Source of the DNA: Nemertoderma westbladi
Lineage: Eukaryota > Animalia > Xenacoelomorpha
NCBI GenBank assembly: GCA_032718475.1
Contig: JAUCBJ010005417.1
Coordinates: 1-32,450 of the forward strand
Length of the DNA stretch: 32,450 nucleotides
Direction of reading: 5' to 3'
The notes under the pieces are model-generated. The model saw only the letters and a program-made list of their open reading frames with translations. It did not search any database and was not told the DNA's origin. Below are positions 21,770 through 32,444 of this stretch, in pieces; positions within the stretch are counted from its first letter, which is position 1, and every line of letters begins with the position of its first letter. The translations under genes were made by a program, and so were the position numbers.

Positions 21770-22390
21770 TTAGTTAAGAGGTACGTAGTACCTAGTTAGT
21801 TAGTTAGTTAGGAGGTACGTAGTACCGATAGTTAGAGAGTTAGAGGGTACGTAAGTACCGCTAGTTAGTTAGAGTTAGAGGGTACGTAAGTACCGCTAGT
21901 TAGTTAGAGAGTTAGAGGGTACGTAAGTACCGTTAGTTAGTTAGAGAGTTAGAGGGTACGTAAGTACCGCTAGTTAGTTAGAGTTAGAGGGTACGTAAGT
22001 ACCGCTAGTTAGTTAGAGTTAGAGGGTACGTAATACCGCTAGTTAGTTAGAGAGTTAGAGGGTACGTAAGTACCGTTAGTTAGTTAGAGAGTTAGAGGGT
22101 ACGTAAGTACCGCTAGTTAGTTAGAGAGTTAGAGGGTACGTAAGTACCGTTAGTTAGTTAGAGAAGAGTTAGAATTAGAGGGTACGTAGTACCGTTAGTT
22201 AGAGAAGAGTTAGAGGGTACGTAGTACCGTTAGTTAGAGAAGAGTTAGGAGGTACGTAGTACCGTTAGGTAGAGAGTTAGAGGGTACATAGTACCGTTAG
22301 GTAGAGAGTTAGAGGGTACGTAGTACCGTTAGTTAGAGAGAAAGTAAGAGTTAGAGGGTACGTAGTACCGTTAGTTAGAGAGAGAGTAAG
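21770..22390 (+). repeat. Tandem array of about 17 units (31-46 bp, mostly about 35) inside the element, each with GGTAC-GTA(A)-GTACC
   Basis: Repeated AGAGGGTACGTAAGTACCG(C/T) separated by variable numbers of TTAG and AG units. Confidence 0.93.
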
Positions 22391-22740
22391 AGGTAGAAGG
22401 GTATATAAGATATAGATATTAGTTAGCAGTTAGTAGCGAGAGGGGGGCATATGAGTACAGTTGGATAGATCGTGTAGGCCGCGCGACATATACTGCTGTA
22501 CTGCACAGGCCCACAGAGTAGGCCAGAATGTGGATTAGGAGATAGAATAACCCATAGGCAGTAGCAAGTAATAGGAAACAGTAAGGTAGTAGGATTGAAA
22601 TTAAATCAAAATAAAATTAGAATAAGAATAGGGCTAAGAAGGGGAACAAATTATGGTAACAGTAGTAAGAATAGGCAATAACTCAGAAATTCAGAAAGAG
22701 ATAGGCCATCGAACTGAACTTAAACCACCTAAACCCATCA

Positions 22741-23733
22741 CTCATCACGTTTGCGCCTTGGCAAGGCACCACCTACGGGTGAGCGATCGGGCAGAGTTCG
22801 AGATGGCAGGCAAACTTGTGAGAGAGGAGAGAAGCAGAGGAGAGGGAGGAGGAAGCTAGGGCGCAGAGCTACGGCTTCGAGGAATAAGCAGCCTTTGACG
22901 AACTTCGTTGGGCTTCGTCAGGGAGTTCGGGGGAGTCTCTAGGGAAAGAACTGGGGTGGACGGTGGGATCACCGAAACAGTCGACGTCGGGATTGCAAGC
23001 GATGCCCATACCAGCGGGTGCCAAGGGCGAACAACCGCAAAGGAAGTTAAGGGAGCTAGAGGGATGGAGAGCTACGGGCGAGAGCCAAGGCGGGAAGGGA
23101 CATAGTGGGTCCACCGGGATACCGGGGTTGGGACCACTGCGAGAGGAGGACGGGGACGACGGCGAGTTCGGAGAGATGCCGCCCATCGAGAGGATAGGTT
23201 ACTCGGACACGGACTGGGTTGGCGGGAGGGTGGTGACGGCCAGTGGGGCGAGAGCCTTCTGGGACAAACCCGGCAAGCGGGCCTGGGTGCACGAGGAGCC
23301 GGCGATGGATTTCGCCGGGTGCACTATCAGGTTGGGCAAGCAACCGGGGACGACACCACGGGTAGTACTCGGAGAGACGATGCCCGGGAGGGGCGAGGAG
23401 ATCGACGTAGACAGGGACGCTAACGTCTAGAAGTTTGCCTATCAGCGACTCCACAGACCGCGGAGATCGCTTGGGATGAAAGACGACGTGGGGCGGGAGA
23501 CATTGGTACTCGGTTGCGGCTACTGTGGGAGACAGACCCACTAGGAAAGGAGCTGCTTGTACCGGTTCCAGAAAGGGACCAGCTGTCTCTACTGCCACGA
23601 GACGAGCCACAGGATGGGAGCGTGTCCACGGTTGCAGAACCGATGTCCGAAGTGCAACTTTCGGGGACACCACGGACGCCAAGGAGGGATGGACTGAGGC
23701 TTTGATGTAGTGCGCCTGGAAGGCGCCACGTGA
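22741..23733 (+). pseudogene. Stop-interrupted accessory reading frame ending in three CCHC-type zinc knuckles
   Basis: Continuing the 22963-23430 frame gives CGYCGRQTH*ERSC, CLYCHETSHRMGAC and CPKCNFRGH. Stops at 22780, 22819, 22885, 23428, 23542 and 23695. The 5' limit is uncertain. Confidence 0.75.
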
Positions 23734-24351
23734 GACGTGCGAACTATGTACAAATTTAATTAATGTGAATAATCATATAAGTACAATTTGTATGTACGTA
23801 CGTAGCAATCAGTAATCTACAAATATATACGTTCGGAGTAAGTACTATAGTCATACAACCTTTCTCAATTAGCTACTGGGACTGGGGGGTAAACTGACTA
23901 TGGCACTATGGACGAGACACCAGACAATTTCACACTTCTTGAGTGCGACGGCACAAGAGGGGGGGGAGATTCGTCAGGAGGGATGAGGTAGTCAAAGTAG
24001 GGTTGAGGGAAGGAGTAATGGTGCGAAGTGTGGAGAGAGTGCGGACGCAATTCTAGTGTGGGGGGGGGGGAGAATAAGAGGCTGAGTGAGGGACGAGGAG
24101 GTCCGAGTGTATGAGAGAGTTAGGGTGAGAGTGAAGAAGAGATAGGGCGAAAGTGTTGGGGAAACAAAGGTCGCGTGAGAGGTGAGCGCGATCGGCCCGA
24201 CATGGGACGCCAGGCACACAGGGTAGCGTTATCATACCCATAGGGAGCGGCCTGGAAAGCCGGCTCCGAGAGAAAAGAATTCCACCCCACACCCGGCGGG
24301 ATTGTAGCGCACTTTTTGGTTGATGCTATCTTCTTACCGGGAAGATAGCAT

Positions 24352-24360
24352 GGGGGGGAG
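24352..24360 (+). other. Polypurine tract
   Basis: GGGGGGGAG directly abuts the TG of the 3' LTR. Confidence 0.85.
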
Positions 24361-24884
24361 TGTTAGCTTATTCAATCCCGCTAACACCCCATAAAGTTAA
24401 GCCGATAAGCAATATTGGGAGCCACGAGATTGGGTAATTAACCAACTCGTGCCACCCCAATAAGAATGGGAAGGAAACACACAATGAGGGTCAGGGGCCA
24501 AACCCCTAACCCAGAGAGAACAGGTGGAGTGAACGGGAACACTCCAAAGGGCGCCAACAAGGGTATCAACCAATCAGAGGGGGGAAAGGCATCGATTAGG
24601 TAGAGTAACAAGGCCAACCATGCAATATAGCCACTTGGCAGTAATCATATCAGTTCAGTTATCTCAGTGCAATATTGGTGCTAGTTTAGGTTAGATAGTT
24701 TAGCTAGGGAAGGACCGGGACTTTAGTTACCATATCCCGCCTTCCGTGTACAACAACCTATATCTATATCTTTATACCGATCATTATATACAACGAACAA
24801 CAGGAACTCATTTACTCTTTACACACGGCGGGGACGCGTGAACTAACACCGGATAAACCGGGATCCCTCTTGGATCCCGTCACA
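24361..24884 (+). repeat. 3' LTR
   Basis: Direct repeat of 12409-12932, preceded by a polypurine tract. Confidence 0.97.
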
Positions 24885-24889
24885 GGTAT

Positions 24890-26196
24890 TGCCTATGGCG
24901 GTTGGCCAGATGCCACCGAAAATCTTTGTAAATGCTAGCAGATTGGCTCCGAAGTAAGTTGGTCCAATTTTATCTGGAACTTTCCCGGCATGTGTTATGC
25001 CAATGAATTTCGCGACGGCACCCAGAAGACGATTTCCAGACACCCCAGAGGTGGGGCCGGTGAGATCTTTTAATATCTGAGGTCTCATACCGTTGAGCCC
25101 GCCGGCGCTGCCGCTGGGGAATGAGGCTATTAGGTTCCTGGCTTCCGAGGTAGTGCAAGGTGGTGGAACAGATTCTGTAGGAGGAGCCGGTTGAGCTCGG
25201 TCATCGGGTCGAGGTGGGTGTTTAAGTCGTAGTAACTCACTGGTTTGTGGGTTGTGCGGTGCCATTGAATCAGCCAAGGAGGCGAGGCGTATGGCTCCCT
25301 TCACATCCCCATCTTCAATTTTTTTCTCTACAGAAGTTGCGAGATGGGCTAGTTCGTCCTTCTTATCATATGGTTTGCGAATTAGGGTTTTTGGGTCTGA
25401 TGTTTGAGGTCTCTGAAGCCGTTGATACACCGGTTGATCTGCGAGGCTAAAGATCCCTGGTGTCGATGGCCACCCCGTTTGGGAGCTTCTAGACAGTAAT
25501 GGCTGACAAGGAGTAACTTCTTCCACCCTACGATATCTGAAGGGTTATCTGTGATTGATGATAAAATATCAGAGTAAAGGTTAGCAAGGTTGTTCCTTGA
25601 TGCCTTTGGTACTCGTTTTAGCTGCCTGGTCCTGTTTTTCAGAATGAGATTCAAAATATCCCTTGCGTCTTCATCGGGTTCATTGTGTGATGGTACCTGT
25701 GATAGATTAGGTGATGGTTGTCGGGCACTGGGTCTGGGATCTCCAGAACTAGGGCACCTGCGAGATCTAGGGCCGTGAACTCTTATCATATCGTTCGTGT
25801 TGACTGCGACCATTTTACCACAGCTTGGTACACTGAGATCCTCCAGCCCGAGGCAGTTGACTACTTTGGCTGATATCGTTATCCGGGTTAGAGTTGGAGT
25901 ATGACTCAAGCTGGTGGAGGAGGTACTCTCGAAATACCTGGATGGAGTCATCATTAATTCCACTGAGTGACCCAATGCTCATCTTTGCGAATCGGCATAA
26001 GTAGACCCCGCATTGATGTCGATTGTGCTGCAGTTTTCCCAGAGGTTTATCTACGGTGATAACAGGCTTCAGAATTTTGAGCCGCTCAGCTTCTTGGGTG
26101 GCCCACGCTTTTACTGCCGCAATAAGTTGTGGGTTTTCGTGTCCGACCGATTCAAAATAACGAATCTTGCTCGTTGTTGAGTGAAAAACTGCGGGG
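24890..26196 (-). pseudogene. 5' half of the same CRE-like element: Ulp1-like fragment, C2HC zinc motif and start of RT
   Basis: Motifs LKRVPKASR, IEDGDVKGAIR, LRLKHP, SFPSGSAGGLNGMRPQILKD and GGIWPTAIGNT. It joins in frame to WYRLSAK at 12403 once the LTR element and one TSD are removed. Frameshifts near 25390 and 25825; apparently 5'-truncated at about 26196. Confidence 0.85.
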
Positions 26197-26717
26197 CTTT
26201 GCAGTTTACCTCCATGTGAGTAATACTAGGGTTTCACTAAAATCCCCGGTTACAGAAAGGCTGGAACTAACCAAAACAATAAACGAACTATTATATGTAC
26301 AGGTTAAAGGAATAAGGGCTATAAAACATTAAATAAGGAGAAATTAAAAAATATAAATTCTTCTTATTGAAATTCATTAAAATTTCAACCGAAAAAGTGA
26401 AAACCTTTCTATTCTTCACATGGGTAATTTGAAAGTACTTAAAATAAGTTTAATTAAATGAAATAATTAATATAGTTATTCCCCATTACAAACTGTTTAA
26501 AATAACAATACAATGGTGGGCTATGTAAAAAAATATCCGAATTCGCCCTATGGAAAATAACCAGTTATTAATCCCATCCCGCTTTTGGTAGCTTAGTTAC
26601 GGCCAATCAATTAGAATATAATAATAAAATATAAAATATTCGCATATTAATAGGTTCCATCCACTAGCTACCATGGTTACAATTCACAACCACTTTGTTT
26701 AGAACTTATTACAGAGT

Positions 26718-26965
26718 TGTTGTCACCCTTTACTCCCAGTTATCTTCTAGTTATCCCCCATGGTAAAATAACTATTAGTTCTATGGGTAACCTGGCAACC
26801 CAGTTATCCACCCATGGGAAGATAACTATTCGTTCTATGGGTAACATGGCAACCATTATTACATCAGGCCGCAGTTTCCAGAAACTCTTCTGTAGGTACA
26901 GTACCGGTATCACCAATATTAGTGTTAGTTTCAGTTTGCATACCAATATACTGTACCGGTATTGT
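26718..26965 (+). repeat. Partial copy of the repeat at 28597-28844
   Basis: About 245-bp near-identical direct repeat beginning TGTTGTCACCCTTTACTCCCAG. Confidence 0.92.
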
Positions 26966-27094
26966 CAGACAAGCAGACAGTAGGCACCAACCTTTTTCAT
27001 TAACAAAGGTTGTATAAAAATTTACAAAAGTTATGTTCGCTTTAATCGGTTTGCATACCATCAGTTTTGCTCACTAATATGCTACTACAGTAAA

Positions 27095-27927
27095 GGCCGG
27101 TTTTGGCAACTTTTAGAGCAACCCTGGTTGCCGTTCAAGTTATTGCTCCGTGTAAACACGAAGTTGCTGTAAAAAAAAGTTGCCGTAAAAGTTGCTTAAA
27201 TTTGACGGCACCATAAGAAACAATTTGAGTGGACGCATTAAAGCGGAATAATCAAATTAATCTGTTTTTTCTTAAAATCTTTTTTTTTTGGGAAGAATTC
27301 CATGGTTGTTTATTGTTCACCCCCACTTTAATTTTATTCTTATATCTATGCCATGTCTGACTGAGCTATGCCTTTATTGTTGTGTTTATTCCATGGCCTT
27401 GGTTTATTCACTTATTATTATGGAATACAGTACCGGTACTGGTATACAGTAGGCCCCTATATACACTAGGCTTACACCCATGCACATTGCCCATGCACAT
27501 GTTTGTTTAAAAAATTCGAATAATTCCTTTATGTTCCGAAATTGCGAACCACTATTGAGGTGTCGATGTTTCCTTGATATATTCGGGTTACAAACTCTTC
27601 CATAAATGTAAATGACACCTGTAGCGAGTTCATTGTAGAGGGCCTATATAATTTGTATAGAATTTACGATTATGATAATGCAAAATAGCGCGACAGAGGG
27701 AATCCGAAATGTTACATAATTATTGGGAGGCTGTGTAATAATATAATAATTGCCTAGTTTCTAAAGAGATAACTATTTTACATTAAATTCTCGACGTTGC
27801 TCAAAAAGTTGCCGGCCAAGTTGTGGGTAAAATTTCCACTTTTAAACTGCGAATAAATTAAGTGGCTCCAAAAAAGTTACTGGTTGCCGACAAAGTTACT
27901 CAAAATGTTGCCACGTTTAAACCGGCC
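27095..27927. mobile_element. MITE, PIF/Harbinger-like
   Basis: Imperfect terminal inverted repeats (TIRs) GGCCGGTTT..TGGCAAC.TTT.GAG.AAC and GTT.CTCAAAA.GTTGCCA..AAACCGGCC. Flanks are TAAA and TTA. Subterminal GTTGC repeats. Confidence 0.65.
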
Positions 27928-28441
27928 TTAATGGCTGACATGCAGTTATCAGTATGTACCCACAATGATTGCTCGTTTGTTGTTTTGGTTATTGTTGATA
28001 GTCAAGCACAAAACATAATTAAAACTGTGGTGTCATGCGAGCGCGGTGAGAGTGCGGTGCGGTGACAGGGCTGTGAAAATGCAATGCCGGTAACTCACAG
28101 CGTTTTGTTTTTGGATACAACGTTTCGAGAATGCGGCAGGGAAATTTTCAGAAATATCTCAATTTTTGAATAAAATAACCCGCTATACCGCCACACCCTT
28201 TCCTTTTGCCTTATTTATGTTAGGTTTGGCTTATATAAATTTATATATTAATTATTATTCGAAGATCACCGTAAAACCAGTACAATTGCTTGACAATTAG
28301 TTATCTTCCACGGATAAATAACTAATGTAAATGTTTATGATTCTACCCCCAAAATTTTCATGCCCCATTTTTATTCTTAGTCCTCCAAACAAAACCCTTT
28401 TAGAAATGTTGGGTTGGCAGAACCTATCCCGTGTGGGGATC

Positions 28442-28844
28442 GGGTGACAACATATTTATCACCCAGTTATTTAGTTATTTTACGAGTTATTTATCCTCGG
28501 GGAGTTAACGAAACCCTCGGCTTCGCCTCCTCGTGCCTGTTAACTGCCCTCGGATAAATAACTCGTAAAATAACTAAATAACTGGGTGATAAATAATGTT
28601 GTCACCCTTTACTCCCAGTTATCTCCTAGTTATCCCCCATGGTAAAATAACTATTAGTTCTACTGTATGGGTAACCTGGCAACCCAGTTATCCACCCATG
28701 GGAAGATAACTATTAGTTCTATGGGTAACATGGCAACCATTAGTACATCAGGCCGCAGTTTCCAGAAACTCTTCTGTAGGTACAGTACCGGTATCACCAA
28801 TATCAGTGCTAGTTTCAGTTTGCAAACCAGTATACCGGTATTGT
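28442..28844. mobile_element. Non-autonomous repeat with a 166-bp palindrome (28442-28607)
   Basis: Arms of about 68 bp with one indel and three mismatches flank a core containing CTCGGCTTCGCCTC. The right part is duplicated at 26718. Confidence 0.7.
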
Positions 28845-28966
28845 TATCTTTATTTTATATTTATTTATTGGTATGTTTAGTAGTGTTCATTAAGTGAACT
28901 GTACAACTATATATGTATGAATATAATAATATAATAATAATAATAATATGTATATATATATATATT

Positions 28967-29720
28967 GTGGCTGGCCACGAGAAAAGGGACCTTATGTCAC
29001 CGGAGGTCGATTTTGAGTTATTAGGCCTATGAGATGCAGAATTTTCCAGAGATTTTAACCAAAAAAACGGTGTCTCAATATCTATTTCCAAAAAAAAGTT
29101 ATAGCGATTTATGTGAAGGTAAATCGGGTAGCAAAAAAAATGTTATTAATAGCGGTTATAATAAGCGGTTATTTAAAAAAATGGACAATATTAATAATAT
29201 CATAGCAATTCTTACTATATAGTTAGGCAACTCAATGTTATTCTGCTTTTTATACAACTTTTAACACTTTGAAACTATTAATATTGTTCATGAACTATTT
29301 TAAAAAAATTTTTGCAAAATTTTCAAAAAAACATGTAACCAAAAAAAAATTTTTTATTTAAAATTTTTTCAAAAAGATAAATTTTTTTAACAAAATTTAA
29401 AATTATTTGTATTTTGAATTCTTTATTGGGATTACAAAATTTAAGAACTAACGAAGATAAATTAACATATTAACATATTAACATATATTAACATAACAAA
29501 TAAATTACAGTGTTATATACAACACTGCAACATCTTATATTGCTTCCTGTAATTAGTTATTTCCTAGGTATATTGAATATCAGAACCAATTTGAATTTCC
29601 CTCATCGTTTTATACATTTCGAAATTGATAATCCAATTAAATTTGTTCAAAAATAGAGGGAAACTTTAAACGCGATTATCTCAGAATCATGTTTTGCGAC
29701 ATAAGGTCCCTTTTCTCATG
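28967..29720. mobile_element. MITE with 23-bp inverted repeats (superfamily uncertain, possibly Sola-like)
   Basis: CACGAGAAAAGGGACCTTATGTC (28976-28998) matches the reverse complement of GACATAAGGTCCCTTTTCTCATG (29698-29720) at 22 of 23 positions. The interior is AT-rich and non-coding. Confidence 0.78.
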
Positions 29721-30069
29721 AATATTTATGGTGTTTACTGTTTATTCAAAAAGATCTTTATTACTTATATACCTTTGACAATGTACCTTAAGAATCACTA
29801 TTAGATATACAGTATCTTTATTAGTGTTCATGAAGTTATAACGGTACATCATATTTATGAGATTGAGTAGGCATATTTGGTGTGTGTATAGTAATCCTAT
29901 AAGTTCATATGACCATAATTTGTTAAAATGACCAATTTCTAGTTCTTTAACAACATAAATACTGTACCACGTTTACCGAAAATTTTTTATACTTGAAAAG
30001 AAATTTGCACAGTATTTCGTTGTATTTATGATTTACGATTACTACTATCATTGTACTTAAGTTATTCCA

Positions 30070-30262
30070 CCTTGGCGTAATTGGTTAAATCGGGCGCATT
30101 GAAATCACATATCTCCTTGGGTCGTGGTTTCGATCTCATCGTGGGGGCTAGGGTAGTTTTCGTTTCGGCACGAATACTTTAAAGACAATAAAGAGACTTA
30201 TTAGCTATGGCGCATCTCTTCCTTTCGTAAATGGTACAGTAGCTAAATGAGTACTGGAGTTT
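30070..30262 (+). mobile_element. Degenerate tRNA-derived SINE
   Basis: A box TGGCGTAATTGG, B-box-like GGTTTCGATC, and a later TAAATGAGTAC resembling the core of the 8901 SINE. No TSD found. Confidence 0.4.
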
Positions 30263-30268
30263 CCTTAA

Positions 30269-30385
30269 GCCCCGTTCACATCGAACGGTGCGTGAGCGGT
30301 AAAGTACTGTAGTCTGGTAAAGCGGTAAACCAGCGGTACACTACCCGGAGCCCGTTCACACCCAACGGTACCGTTGCGGTAACTG
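30269..30385 (+). mobile_element. Left end of a Harbinger-like non-autonomous element
   Basis: TAA followed by GCCCCGTTCACA, repeated internally as GCCCGTTCACA at about 30350, with GCGGTA subrepeats. The other end is not in the window. Confidence 0.45.
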
Positions 30386-30439
30386 ATTGTCTATCTGTCG
30401 ACTGTGAATTCAACAGGAAATTACATTAATTGTTTTTTA

Positions 30440-32444
30440 GGAAACCCTGGTAGAAAGTTAGGGAGGGATCCCGTGTCAGTTCACGAAGTAAGATATTGGA
30501 AACCCTGTTAGAAAGTTAGGGAGGGATCCCCGTGTTAGTTCACTATGTAAGATATTTGAAACCCTTGTAGAAAGTTAGGGAGGGATCCCCGGGTCAGTTC
30601 ACTATGTAAGATATTGGAAACCCTGGTTGAAAGTTAGGGAGGGATCCCGTTTCAGTTCACCCTTGTAAGATATTGGAAACCCTGGTAGAAAGTTAGGGAG
30701 GGATCCCGTGTCAGTTCACTAAGTAAGATATTGGAAACCCTGTTAGAAAGTTAGGGAGGGATCCCGTGTTAGTTCACTATGTAAGATATTTGAAACCCTT
30801 GTAGAAAGTTAGGGAGGGATCCCGTGTCAGTTCACTATGTAAGATATTGGAAACCCTGGTAGAAAATTAGGGAGGGATCCCGTGTCGGTTCACTAAGTAA
30901 GATATTGGAAACCCTGGTAGAAAGTTAGGGAGGGATCCCGTGTCAGTTCACTAAGTAAGATATTGGAACCCCTGGTAGAAAGTTAGGGAGGCATCCCCGT
31001 TTTAGATCACTATGTAAGAAAGTTAGGGAGGAATCCCCGTGTCAGTTCACTAAGTAGATATTGAAAACCAGGGTAGAAAGATAGGGACGGATCCCCGTGT
31101 CAGTTCACTAAGTAAGATATTGGAAACCCGGGTAGAAAGTTAGGGAGGGATCCCGCTTCAGTTCACTATGTAAAGATATTGAAAACCATGGTAGAAAGAT
31201 AGGGACGGATCCCCGTGTCAGTTCACTAAGTAAGATATTGGAAACCCTGGTAGAAAGTTAGGGAGGGATCCAGTGTCAGTTTACTATGTAAGATATTTGA
31301 AACCCTTGTAGAAAGTTAGGGAGGGATCCCGTGTCAGTTCACCATGTAAGATATTGGAAACCCTGGTAGAAAGTTAGGGAGGGATCCAGTGTCAGTTTCC
31401 TATGTAAGATATTTGAAACCCTTGTAGAAAGTTAGGGAGGGATCCCGTGTCAGTTCACAATGTACGATATTGGAAACCTTGGTAGAAATTAAGGGAGGGA
31501 TTACCGTGTCAGTTCATTATGTAAGAAAGTTAGGGAGGGATCCCGTGTCAGTTCACTATGTAAGATATTGGAAACCCTGGTAAGTTATGGAGGGATCCCC
31601 GTGGGATCCCGTGTCAGTTCACTAAGTAAGATATTGGAAACCCTGTTAGAAAGTTAGGGATAGATCCCGTGTCAGTTCACTAAGTAAGATATTGGAAACC
31701 CTGGAAGAAAGTTAGGGATGGATCCCGTGTCAGTTCACTAAGTAAGATATTGGAAACCCTAGTAGAAAGTTAGGAAGGGATCCCGTGTCAGTTCACTAAG
31801 TAAGATATTGGAAACCCTGGTAGAAAGTTAGGGAGGGATCCCGTGTCAGTTCACTAAGTAAGATATTGGAAACCCTGGTAGAAAGTTAGGGAGGGATCCC
31901 GTGTCAGTTCACTAAGTAAGATATTGGAAACCCTGGTAGAAAGTTAGGGAGGGATCCCGTGTCAGTTCACTAAGTAAGATATTGGAAACCCTGGTAGAAA
32001 GTTAGGGAGGGATCCAGTGTCAGTTCACTAAGTAAGATATTGGAAACCCTGGTAGAAAGTTATGGAGGTATCCTCGTTTTAGATCACTATGTAAGAAAGT
32101 TAGGGAGGGATCCCGTGTCAGTTCACTAAGTAAGATATTGGAAACCCTGGTAGAAAGTTAGGGAGGGATCCCGTGTCAGTTCACAATGTACGATATTGGA
32201 AACCTTGGTAGAAATTAAGGGAGGGATTACCGTGTCAGTTCATTATGTAAGAAAGTTAGGGAGGGATCCCGTGTCAGTTCACCAAGTAAGATATTGGAAA
32301 CCCTAGTAGAAAGTTAGGAAGTGATCCCGTGTCAGTTCACTAAGTAAGATATTGGAAACCCTGGTAGAAAGTTAGGGAGGGATCCCGTGTCAGTTCACTA
32401 AGTAAGATATTGGAAACCCTGGTAGAAAGTTAGGGAGGGATCCT
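30440..32444. repeat. 58-bp satellite (GAAACCCTGGTAGAAAGTTAGGGAGGGATCCCGTGTCAGTTCACTAAGTAAGATATTG), about 35 copies
   Basis: Clear 58-bp period with several 39-bp deletion variants. Most units have one TTAGGG and one GGATCC. Confidence 0.97.

Larger units (their letters stand above)
12409..24884 (+). mobile_element. Full-length BEL/Pao LTR retrotransposon (12,476 bp), recent insertion
   Basis: TG...CA LTRs of 524 bp. 5-bp TSD GGTAT at 12404-12408 and 24885-24889. Gag-PR-RT-RH-IN order with BEL/Pao motifs. Confidence 0.97.

Noticed and set aside
21770-22390. CRISPR-like array of palindromic repeats
   Set aside because: The linkers are TTAG/AG slippage variants, not unique spacers.
23056-23682. 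208-aa antisense ORF as an accessory gene
   Set aside because: It is exactly in register with the sense CCHC frame, starts at TTG and has no motif, so it is best explained as a shadow ORF.
21618-24360. env gene in the 3' region
   Set aside because: No long ORF, signal peptide or transmembrane segment is visible.
30440-32444. Telomere
   Set aside because: TTAGGG occurs once per 58-bp unit, not in tandem.
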